Assembly (NCBI GenBank): GCA_964016885.1
Contig: OZ024741.1
Coordinates: forward strand, 345,526,001 to 345,590,000
Direction: 5' to 3'
From: Eledone cirrhosa
Lineage: Eukaryota
Length of the DNA stretch: 64,000 bases
This document shows positions 28,841 through 40,630 of the stretch, one piece after another. The position numbers and the translations under genes were made by a program. The notes beneath the pieces were generated by a model. It did no database searches. It was not told where the DNA came from and was given only the letters and a program-made list of their open reading frames with translations. Numbering within the stretch: position 1 is the stretch's first letter; each line of letters starts with the position of its first letter.

Positions 28841-29760
28841 TAGAACCTCTGCTTTTTTGACCTTGTTTGACCACTTCAGCTATCCTAGTCTTACAAATAA
28901 TCTTAATCAAACAGTAGTTACTTCATACCCTTCAAGCTTCTTTCATTTTTTGCCCTTCTATTCCTACGTCCATAGTTATGATAACTACTTTTTACACGCA
29001 CAAAACACCACTTCTCGGATTTTACTATTCTACTATTTGTTGCGGATTATCTTTATCGTCGCCATTTTTGGATTTATCAACAAGCACGCACATTATAGTA
29101 TATTAGCTATTTCAAGATGGCTGGGGACAGGCGCTCCAATGGAAGTGAATCTAGTAGTGTAAAAAAGAGTGGTAAAGAGATTACGTTGGATGTTAAACGT
29201 GTTGTTTTAGAAAAGTTTGTTGTGGGAGAAAATCTCGGCCACATTGCTGAAACACGTGGCAATAAAGACAAAGTTAGATCATGTGCTCAAGCAGCTGTTC
29301 TGTTACTTTCCAACTAAGTATTGATCTTTTTAGATAATGCCCCAAGCTGTCTAGTTATGGATAATGATAGTTTTGGAAATATTAGAATAGAATATATACT
29401 CAAGAACATAATCCCTTTGCTCTAGCCAACGGATCAAGATACGAGAGTATATTATCTGAAAAGAAATTTTAAACAGCTTTTAAAAGCAATTGATAGGAAA
29501 GATAAACTTACAGTTAGATATTTCTGAAAAACGTCCATCATTATGGAGGCTCTGGAAAATGTAGCCGTGTCATGGGATAAAGTGAAACTCAACCTAGGAT
29601 GACTGCAACTAATAATGTTAAAAGGTTGGCACTTGAAGAAAAAGGACAGCTAACTTTGCTGACAAGGATCCTAACTGGGAAAGTAAAAAAACCCCAAAAG
29701 AAGTGAAGTTCATAATTATCCCATACACCATGCTGTACAAAAAGCCTGTGTATCATAAAC
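28841..29760 (+). mobile_element. Tigger/pogo-like DNA transposon remnant
   Basis: KEITLDVKRVVLEKFVVGENLGHIA (CENP-B/psq-like HTH); VLIFLDNAPS, IIPLL*PTDQ and LTVRYF*K...NVAVSWDKVK resemble the DDE_1 domain; many stops. Confidence 0.65.
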
Positions 29761-30009
29761 GTTAAACAACTATGTTGAGGATGGGTGTTCTCCAGAAAGG
29801 TCCTCAGTGGGTATGAGACCTAGAATTTGAAGGAACCGTGATTTAATCCCGTCTTTTTAGTGTTGAAGTGGATTGGCATCACTACATTGGATGTCGATTT
29901 TGATGTCTCTATTGATGAAATCACTGGAGATTTGGAAAGAGGAATCCAAACTAAATGTAGATGATGATTGGGTGTGAAAGGTCAGGAAAAATGGAAAGTA
30001 TTATCATAT

Positions 30010-30830
30010 CAGTAGAAGTGGTTATTACTGAAAGTGACGGCAAATAGTCTGATCACAGCAATAATTAGAAAAGGTAAAATTATTAAAATATAAATAGTAG
30101 TGTACCTATCAAAGGGAAAATTGGGGGATGCGAGAGGTAAAATTAGCTGGAAAATCTGAAAAGGAGCGGAGTTTTGAATTATTTTTAGAAATTTCGCGAA
30201 CAAACTATTAAAGAATGCCTCTAGGTTTATATTGACTAGACTTACAATTTGGGAATGACAATTGAATTATGTAGGTGATAATTTTATTTGTGTTCTTGTA
30301 ATTGTTGATTATTTTATTAATGGATGTTAGAATGTTAGAAAAGTTTCTTAGTACTGTGTAGCTTATTGTAAGTTAATTTGGGTTGAATGTTTCTCTATGA
30401 ATATGTCCAGGAGGAAAGTACAATTTTATAATAGAGAAAGATTCTACTGCAGTTTTTAGAGGTTTTATTCGCACTAGTCACCAATTTGATAATTTTCTCA
30501 GACCCACGAAAATTAGCCTTTTCTTAGAGGCAGCTTTTACACGCCACGCCGTAACTATATCCTGGGTTGTGAGAGATTTCTTGCGAGCTCCCAGGGACAC
30601 CCATTGCTCCATATCCTCTTATAGTTTACCACTGTTTGAAGCGGGGTTGCTAATTCGTCCAGCAACTAACTATCATATCAATCACCCGCAACTCGTTCTC
30701 TGTAGGAGGAGTACCTTTCCAATTGGAGTATTAACATTGATTGAATGTGTTGGATGATGCCACTTGACATTTCTTTTGTGAGTCCTCTTAGTAGGCTACG
30801 TCTGGTTGCGATATTTAATGATGTCTTTGA
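30010..30830 (-). mobile_element. Possible highly decayed L2/Crack-like LINE fragment
   Basis: Minus-strand SYGVACKSCL..EKIIKLVTSA loosely resembles the post-RT region of L2/Crack elements; no intact motif. Confidence 0.3.
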
Positions 30831-30904
30831 AACTGTATAGACTTGTTAGACGATTGAAAGAATTCCATCATAAGATAGATTCTATCTATCTATCTATCTA
30901 TCTA

Positions 30905-33862
30905 TATATAAAAAGGAAATTAGACAACAAACAACAAACAAGACATCACAGCAAAAAATCAAACCACAATGCATATTCATTAACACCACAAATAAAAACC
31001 TAATGCAGGCCATCACTAAAGACCCCACCATTCAGAAAGAAGGGAAAACCTTCACAAACACAAGCAGAGCACCACACCTAAAACTAATAAGACTACAAAC
31101 TGAAACTTACAGTTTTCTTAAAGAAAACTTTCCTCACCATATTGGACCTCCGTGCCCCAAACCCCTCAACCGTGTGCTACTGAAATGTTTCCCCATCCCA
31201 CCAAACACCCCCACCACCACCAGCATGGAGATCGAACAACCCGACCTCCAGGAAACCAAAAGGTAAGTGTTCCTCCCTTTTTATCTCCCTAACTCATCTT
31301 CATCAACATGGCGACTATACAAGTTAGATGTTTGAATGTGCGTGGCTTGGGGATGTCCTGGAAACAGGGCCAATTTTTAAATGACCTCAGGTCACACTGT
31401 ATAGATGTGATGGCCGTCACTGAGTCCAGGATTCACAACAAGCAGCAGTTAACCCCCCATGTTCGATGACTGAGATCTACGCATCTCTCTGTCAGACAGG
31501 AGGTGGAGAGGGAGTTGCTGTTTCGTTTCGAAAAAACCTGGATCTGAAAGTACAGACAATTTACTTGGACCCGGAGGGAAGCTTGGTGGTCCTAGACGTG
31601 AATCGTAGTGAAGCTGGAGCTTTCTGACTAGTGGCCGTATATGCCCCGACTGGGACATCGCGACTAGAGTTCTTTAAGCGTCTGGAGTCATTCCTGGGAA
31701 CGTCCCGCTCTTTACTGTTGGCAGGGGACTGGAATGGCATCTTAGATGCACATTGGGACTATGTAGGGGCATGTGATAGAAGAGGGGGTGTGCCTAAAAA
31801 ATCTTATCAGCCAATTCCAACTGGCTGATAGATATCGACTAGATTTGCCAAGTGCACCACTGTGGACGTGGAGCAATCGCACTGGGTCTTCTAGATCGTA
31901 TTTAGATAGATTTCTAATTAGAAAAAAATGATAAGGAAACATTAAGCTGTCCACAAATGCATATGGTTGCCTATTCAGACCACAAATTAGTGAGCTGCAT
32001 AGTCAACCTTGATAGAACACAGAAAGGGACCCGGATACTGGAAGCTAAACATGTCGCTCCCGACGCGTAAAGCTTACAGTAAACGGATTAGCGCTTTAGT
32101 TAAACGCCAGTTGACGGAGGCCATCGTCAACAACAGGTGGTAGTGCTCTCTCAAGAGAGCAGTTAGAGTAGAACCAATAGCCTTTAACAAGGAATTAGCT
32201 TTAGAAAAGAACAAAGCTGAAACGGAACGAGTAGCTAAAGTAGAAGAGGCACTGACGTGCTAGCGACAAGAACGGCACTAGATCAGTTCTTCAACATGAA
32301 ACCTGAAGGTCGTATTGTCAGAAGTAATGAGAAATTGTGAGAAATGAGGGAGCCAAAGCTGTTAGCTGGGCCCGAGTGGCAGAGGCAAAACGTGGCAACA
32401 AATCCACAATTCGGTCTTTGCAAGACAAAGATGCAAGCATTCTACTTGAATCCAAGCAAATGTGCACGACTTCCAGCAGCACTTTGCACAACTGTTCGGG
32501 CAGAACAGTGCGTCGAGCGGGGTGATGGACTTCTGTTCCTACCTCGACGACCTACCACGACTCTCTAACTCGGATGCGAAGCGCTGCGAAAGGCCGATCA
32601 CAGCGGGCGAAATAGAAGACGCCCTAGGCCGCTGTGGGAAACGCAAATCACCCGGTTTAGTTGGTCTACCCTATGAGTTTTACATAGGCATGCCAGACTT
32701 GTCCTCTGGCGTTCTCGAAGCGGTACTGGCAGCAGAACGGGAGAATTCCCAGTTCCGTAAGCAGAGGCGTAGTAACGTTGATCAGGAAAGATGAAAACAA
32801 AGAGGATAACATAAGTAACTTCAGGCCCATAACTCTGCTCAACAAAGAGTTGAAGATTTTGGCCAAGGTGTTAGCAACGAAGACTGGTGTTCGTCGTCGA
32901 GAACCTGGTGGGGGAAGCGTAAACATGTGCAATCCCGATCAGGTTCATACACGACAGCCTCCACCTCATGCGATACATCATGGAGAGGGTAGGGTGTAAA
33001 CCTGGCTTCAGTGGGGCTTTGATCAATTTAGATCAATCTAAAGCATTTGATAGGGTCGACCATCAATACTTGGAAGCGGTTCTCAAGGCGGCCGGTTTCG
33101 GACCCGTCTTCAGAAGCTGGATCGCTGCCATGCGCAGCAACATCTGCTCGGCAGTCAAGGTGAATGGCTACCTATCGGAGCCATTCCAAATCATGCGTTC
33201 CATCCGCCAGGGATGCCCTCTCTTCTCCATTCTATATGTGCTGACTTTCGAATCACTACTGCGGAAGCTGGAGCTATTGTAGGTATCCCGATCGAACCAG
33301 GACTGCGAAAAGCAGCGTCAGCCTACGTTGACGACGTGACCAAAATGGTATCGAAAACCTCGGAAAGTTGTCAGCCGAGCTCATCATGAGGATCACCCAG
33401 CCGCCTTCATTTAAGAATGAAGGAGAGGCAGTTTTCCTTTGTCTGGTGGCTATGGTGAAAGAAATAATATGGTCAACGAGGCCAAAAGGATTGAGGACAA
33501 ACACCTTCCTCTCTGGACAACAACTCATCCTCTTCTTTAAATATCACTTCAGAAGGAAGGTGAGAGTGGAAAGAGAGGTGCTACACCCCAGTAAATTCAC
33601 TGGGCCTTCTCTGTATATAAACCTGTAGGTTGGGGAAGACAAAAGAGGGAAGACGAGAACTATTACAAAACGTGCTCCTGGTATTGAAGGTTGTTCTATC
33701 CACGGGGTGTAAAACAACCCCGCAGTAACGTTCCCCCCTATTGGGGATTTCGATTGTTTTATTTTGTATATATTTTATTGTTATCCATTATTGTTAAATA
33801 CCCGCCGTCACGTCTTGTAATGTCCCATTTTTGTACGCCCTTGTGGCAAATAAAGAAATATT
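30905..33862 (+). mobile_element. L1/Tx1-like LINE copy 2 (internally deleted)
   Basis: LNVRGL, AVYAP, GDWNGILD (APE); FRPITLLN, LDQSKAFDRVDH, RQGCPL, YVDD (RT); jump near 33365 to the C-terminus; (TATC)n upstream and TATC-like tail downstream. Confidence 0.88.
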
Positions 33863-33883
33863 TCTATCTACCTACCTACCTAA

Positions 33884-35339
33884 CTCGTCGGACGCTGGAC
33901 GGAAGGACCGTTGAAATAGCTCGGGATTTGGTTTAGTCCGGACCTCCAGCTGGAGAAAAACTGGAACGAGATCACAGCCAAGGTATTTGCGCTCACCCAG
34001 AAGTGGGCAGAGTACAAACTATCCTTGAATGGTCGAGCAGAGGTGGCGAACACTTTCATAGCGTCCATCATCTACTACCGCTTGACCGTCGTGCCTTGTC
34101 CCCGTGAATACCTCACCAAGATGGAACGAATGCCCTTCCAATTCCTTTGGAAGAAGCAGGCTCCACTGGTGAGGAGATCCATCTGCTGCCAACACCCTTC
34201 CAACGGAGGGCTGGGATTGCCGTGGCTGATGATGCGCAAACACGCTCTGAGGCTACGGCATCTCCAGGTATTCCTCACCGACCAACCGGCGTGGGCCCCG
34301 TTTGTGAAACAAGCCTTTCCGCAACTTGTCTCGCTGACGGAGCTGCAGTCCTGGGTCAAGCGGAGGCCGAAGAAAATGGGCGCCTGGCACATTGAATGCG
34401 CTCAGGCGTTCACAGTCCTCTGTCAAGCGGGCACAGCGATCAGTGGAGACTCCTCTTCGACATTCTATAGAGGGATAGTACGGCACAAATGCGACGACGT
34501 GCTCGGAGAGACTCTGGGCGTCGACGACGACGAGCTCACCAGTCTGTTCGGTAGGACTTTCCGCCCAGGACCTATGGACAACTTCCAAAGGTCCCTGGCC
34601 TGGCAGTGCTAGGAGGTCTACCAGTACGAGACAAGATCTACAGGCACGGGCGCCCCGACAGGGATCCTTCTAGGAGGACGTATCCAAGATGCGAGCAGGA
34701 CATTGAAACCGTCCTGCATGCAATTGTACACTGCCCGGGCGTAACTGTCCTGTGGAACTAGGCAGAACAACTGCTGTCGCGTATAGGACAAATCCAGTTG
34801 ACTGCCGAGTCCCTAGTAAGGATCAAACCGCCACCTTCTTTCAAAAACGAAAGAGAGGCGGTTTTCCTCTGTATAGTGGCTATGGTAAAAGAGGTTATAT
34901 GGTGGACAAGATTGAGAGGACTGAGGACAGATGCCTCTCTCTCTCTCCGGACAACAATGCACTCCCTTCTTTAGGTACCACTTTAGAAGGAGAATCAGAG
35001 TGGAGAGAGAGGTACTGCACCCCAGTGAATTTACTGAAAGGTGGGTGAATGTGGCAAAAATGGCCCGAGTGATTGGGCCTTCTCTGTATTTAAACCTGTA
35101 TGTTGAAGAAGAGAGCAAAAGGAAGAAAGGAGCACTTGCACAACACGCCCCTGGAGTTGAGGGTTGTTCTATCTACGGGGTATAAAATAACCCATTTTTA
35201 ACGCCCCCCCCCCCTATTGGGGATTTCGATTGTTGAATTTGTTTGTTAAATATTTTTTGCACGATTGTATGTAAAATCCCCGGCATATGTCCTTGTATTG
35301 TCCCCTTTTCTTGTGCGCCCTTGTGGCAAATATAGAAAT
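33884..35339 (+). mobile_element. L1/Tx1-like LINE copy 3 (5'-truncated)
   Basis: Highly similar to the 3' half of copy 4 (GRAEVANTFIAS, GGLGLP, CEQDIETVLHAIVHCP); ends in (TATC)n. Confidence 0.9.
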
Positions 35340-35344
35340 CTATG

Positions 35345-35408
<64 letters not shown>

Positions 35409-35409
<1 letters not shown>

Positions 35410-37471
35410 GACGAGGTTGGCGCTTGTCGTCGAGAACCTGGTAGGGAAAGCGCAAATGTGTGCAATCCCGACCAGGTCCATACACGACAACCTCCACCTC
35501 ATGCGATACATCATAGAGAGGGTGGGTAGTAAACCCGGCTTCGGTGGGGCTCTGATCAACTTGGATCAGTCTAAGGCATTCGATAGGGTCGACCATCGAT
35601 ACTTGGAAGCGGTTCTCAAGGCGGCCGGTTTCGGTCCCGTGTTCAGAGGATGGATCGAGGCGATGCACACCAGCATCTGCTCGAGGGTCAAGGTGAACGG
35701 CTACCTATCGGAGCCGTTCGCAATCACGCGTTCCATTCGACAGGGATGCCCTCTCTCCTCCATTATGTATGTATTGACTCTAGAGCCACTACTGCTGAAA
35801 TTGGTGCTGTTGCAGGGCATCCCTCTAGAACTGGGACTGCGCAAAGCGGCGTCGACTTATGCCGACGACGTGAGGGTAATGGTGTCGAGCACCTCGGAAA
35901 TCGGGGTGATCGGCAACTTACTGAAAGAATACGAAACGCTGACGGGTGCAAAACTAAACCCGGACAAGTCTGTCGGTTTGCAACTCGGTGGATAGGCAAA
36001 CCGATGACGTCCGACAGCGTCGTTGGACGCTGGACGGACGGACCGGTGAAATTGCTCGGGGTTTGGTTCGGTCCAGACCTCCGGGTGGAGAAAAACTGGA
36101 ACGAGGTCACGGCCAAGGTGTTTGCACTCACCCAGAAGTGGGCAGAGTGCAAACTGTCCTTGAAAGGTCGAGCGGAGGTGGCGAACACTTTCATAGCGTC
36201 CGTCATCTACTACCGCTTGACTGTCGTGCCTTGTCCCCGTGAACACCTCGCCAAGATGGAACGCATGCTCTTCCAGTTTCTGTGGAAGAAGCAGGCTCCG
36301 CTGGTGAGGAGATCCGTCTGCTGTCAGCACCCTTCCAACGGGGGGCTGGGAATGCCGTGGCTGATGATGCGCAAACATGCGCTGAGGCTGCGGCATCTCC
36401 AGGTATTCCTCACCGACCCCCAACCGGTGTGGGCACCGTTTGTGAGACAGGCTTTCCCACAGCTCGTCTCGCTAACGGAGCTGCAGTCCTGGGTGAAGAA
36501 AAGACCGAAAACGATGGGCGCCTGGCACATTGAATGCGCTCAGGCGCTCACAGTCCTCTGGCAAGCGGGCGCAGCAATCAGTGGAGACTCCACTTCGACA
36601 TTCTATAGAGGGATTGTACGTTACAAGGGCGACGACGTGCTCGGAGAGACTCTGGGCGTCGAAGACGATGAGCTCACCAGTCTGTTTGGTAGGACTTTCC
36701 GCCCGGGACCTATGGACAACTTCCAGAGGTCCCTGGCCTGGCAGTGCTACCGAGGAGCTCTACCGGTTCGTGACAAGATCTACAGGCACGGACGCCCTGG
36801 CAGGGATCCTTCCAAGAGGACGTGTCCAAGATGTGCGCAGGACATTGAAACAGTTCTGCACGCAATTGTACACTGCCCGAGCGTAAGCGACCTGTGGAAC
36901 TATGCAGAACAACTGCTGTCGCGTATGGGACAAATACAGTTGACTGCCGAGTCCATAGTAAGGATCAAACCGCCAGACTCTTTCAAAAACGAAAGAGAGG
37001 CGGTTTTCCTCTGTACGGTGGCTATGGTGAAAGAAGTTATATGGTGGACGAGATTGAGAGGACTGAGAACAGATGCCTTTCTCTCCGGACAACAATTGAT
37101 TCCCTTCTTTAAGTATCACTTTAGAAAGAGAATCAGGGTGGAGAGAGAGGCACTGCACCCCAGTAAATTTACTGAAAGGTGGGTGAATGAAGCGAAAATG
37201 GCCCGAGTGATTGGACCTTCTCTGTATTTAAACCTGTATGTTGAAGAAGAGAGCAAAAGGAAGAAAGGAGCACTTGCACAACACGCTCCTCGAGTTGAGG
37301 GTTGTTCTATCGACGGGGTATTAAACAACCCATTGTGGCGCCTCCCCCCTATTGGGATTTCGATTGTTGAAATTGTTTGTTTTTATATTTTTTACACGAC
37401 TGTATGTAAAATCCCCGGCATGTCTTTGTATTGTCCCCTTTCTTGTTGCGCCCTTGTGGCTAATAAAGAAA
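35409..37471 (+). mobile_element. L1/Tx1-like LINE copy 4 (RT + CCHC, one frameshift)
   Basis: LDQSKAFDRVDH, RQGCPLS, YADD, one frameshift near 35990, CPRC..ETVLHAIVHC; AATAAA; (TATC)n on both sides. Confidence 0.92.
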
Positions 37472-37476
37472 TCTAT

Positions 37477-37551
<75 letters not shown>

Positions 37552-38227
37552 CACACTCATACGTCTACCTATCATCCTACCTTCCATTCATTCCTCCCAC
37601 ACACATACAACTGTCTATATGTTATTCATCCAATATACCTATATCTAGTATAAGCTCATTTACAGTTAATTTCTTCTCTAGCATAACTTCCAATTCTCTT
37701 TCGCATTTTTCGTTGCTTTACTTTGTATTTCCTTCTCGCATCTGTCCTGTTTATTTCCTTCAAGCAATTCCATCTTTCTATTTATTGCAGTCATTTGTTC
37801 TCACTTAATTCAGTAACTATATACTCCCTTGTCGTAATATTGCATATAACTTGCCGTTGTTTATCTGTTCGTTCTACTGCTAAATATAGAACATATGCAA
37901 AATCTCAAATTTTACGATTTGACCGCTTGTTCGCATCGCATAGCTGGGGATTTGATCAGTTATGGAAAACCAGGCATTACATTAAGATTTTCTTGAAAAG
38001 CATCCAGTTAACTCCAATGGTTTACACGGCATATTAATCTTTTGGGTATAAAAGAACGCATCAAAACCAAAAGCGCTTTATCGAAATAAAGGACAGTTTA
38101 TCTTTGCTAAAAGATATAACAAGCAATGGGATTTTCAAAGATTTTCAAATTGAAATCCGCTGCACATTTATTTAATGGGTTTTGATAAAACTCTACAGAC
38201 AACACCAGGGAAATTTTCGCGAGAACC

Positions 38228-38278
<51 letters not shown>

Positions 38279-38351
38279 GGTGCTGTTGCTGCTACTGCCC
38301 CTCCTCCTCTCCCCCTCCATGCTTCCCGCCTTCTCCCCCTCCTCCTCTTCA

Positions 38352-38415
<64 letters not shown>

Positions 38416-38497
38416 GCCACAATCACTACCATCAACCCCACCACCTACCGCAGGGTTTAACCACTCACGTGTATGCATGTGTGACATACATACATAC

Positions 38498-39124
38498 ATG
38501 GTGGCTGCCAACTCGTTTTCGAGTACGGCCACTACTTTATATCCATGTAGGAGAACCCCTACACACACTCGTTCAGCACATACATACATACATACATACA
38601 TACATACATACATACATACATACATACATGGTGGCTGCCAACTCGTTTTCAAGTACGGCCACTATTTTATATCCATGTAGGAGAACCCCTACCGATGCGC
38701 TGAACGAGTGTGACTTTTTAGTCCAGCCAGCGACTTGAAAACTCTGGTACAAACACTACACTTGTGACAATTATTGACACATAGTGTTGGGCCCATGGTA
38801 CCATGTGACGACAAGTACAGAGAGATCTCCAGATATAAAGCAATGCCTGTGCCGTGAAGCTTTTATAGTGAGCAAAGGCACTGCACAAAGCCAGTCCCAC
38901 TCTCTTAACCAAGATGTTATTTACCAAAAAGAAGATCAAGTCAATTGACTCTTAAGAGCTCCTTTGCCCTTTGATAGGTTTTGTTTTTAGTCCTGCAGGA
39001 TGTCCAAAGTCACCCTCCTCACCAAGAAACCTTAGTGGGGTTGCCAGTTTAGTCGCCAACGACCCGACCATGAGACAGGTTGTACTGGGATACATGTTAC
39101 CAGTAGCACCAACTGGTGACCTGA
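38498..39124 (-). mobile_element. RTE-derived bipartite element, copy 2 (internal deletion; extra 3' stub at 38498-38561)
   Basis: Matches 19780-20387 except for a deletion of about 115 bp near 38944; 3' end duplicated, separated by (CATA)n. Confidence 0.75.
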
Positions 39125-39210
39125 CATACATACATACATACATACACGTTTCAGATGATCCCGCTTCGGGTGATAGCAGAAATTGTTTGCTTAAATTTTT
39201 GATCTGAACT

Positions 39211-39383
<173 letters not shown>

Positions 39384-39412
39384 CATAAATGCATTATATT
39401 ATTTATTGATAA

Positions 39413-39592
39413 GAGCGGTGGATTGGCAGAATTAGTAGAGGGTCGGACGCTATGCTTTGCAGCATAGAGTTACGGCCCTTTATGATCTGAGTTCAAATCC
39501 CACTGAGATTAACTTTCCTTATGGGGGTCGATAAAATAAAGTACCCGTAATACACTGAGGTAATTGCTGGCTTTGTGCCAAAAATAGAATCA
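39413..39592 (+). mobile_element. Family-B SINE
   Basis: GCGGTGGATTGGCAGAATTAGTAGAG...GAGTTCAAATCCC, similar to 13080 and 56971. Confidence 0.8.
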
Positions 39593-39845
39593 ATTATTTA
39601 TTGATATCCATATACAGACCAAAAGCGGTACCTAAGGTTTCAAGGTCCAATTTTTACCATCTTTCCAAGTCACAAATTTGATCGTTTTTACAATCTGGGG
39701 AGATGGTCAAACTTGGGCCTAAAAACATTAGGTTCCGCTTTTGTTCCGAATATGGCTATTAATAAATAATATAAGATATCAGCTGTCATTCCTGTTACCT
39801 TTCTCCTTTGTCACATCCACCGATATTTTACTATACATACATACA

Positions 39846-39874
<29 letters not shown>

Positions 39875-39877
<3 letters not shown>

Positions 39878-40077
39878 GGAAAAGAGTCGGGACTCCGAGG
39901 GCTGAGCTTCGGCCGTTTCGACAGCTAGGTCCGAACACAGTTTGGATCTAGCTGTCGAAATGGCCGGAGGTCAGCCGTCGGGGTCCTGACTCTTTTCCTA
40001 TTACCTACGCTACTACCCTAAGTATCGTGTACTCTGGTGCGTTATGGGCCACCTGGTTCCTTACCACACTTTCTTTG

Positions 40078-40078
<1 letters not shown>
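39875..40078. mobile_element. Short element with an imperfect ~125-bp terminal fold-back (second copy at 59640-59862, opposite orientation)
   Basis: ATAGGAAAAGAGTC...GACTCTTTTCCTAT arms; tail TACTACCCTAAGTATCG..CTCTGGTGCGTTATGG matches the reverse complement of 59640-59715. Confidence 0.75.
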
Positions 40079-40133
<55 letters not shown>

Positions 40134-40528
40134 GTCAGTGCCGGTATCCCACGTGTGGAATTAACTGCTAGTCAGTCACTAAATGACAACAGCAGTGGAA
40201 GACTGGCTGAGGTTTGCGATAATGTTGAATATAGCAGCAAGACTTCACAAACATGGAGTACTTGACCATAATTAAAGAAAAAGTTAATTATAATAGTAAG
40301 GGTTTAGATCGAAATCCAATGATCTCGTTCCCGTGCTTACAAATTGCTCAACAAATTCATTTGGAGCACACACATAGACCAATTGTAAGGCAACATTCCC
40401 AGCCAGATGCCTAATTTATGGAAACAGTGTAATTATTGTATGGACAGTTAACATATGAAAACATTAAAGTACTCACAATATACATACATACATACATACA
40501 TACATACATACATACATACATACATACA

Positions 40529-40565
<37 letters not shown>

Positions 40566-40566
40566 A

Positions 40567-40626
<60 letters not shown>

Positions 40627-40630
<4 letters not shown>

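Noticed and set aside
35650-37653. 667-aa ORF
   Set aside because: Off-frame N-terminus plus the Tx1 ORF2 C-terminus reading through into the 3' UTR and (TATC)n.
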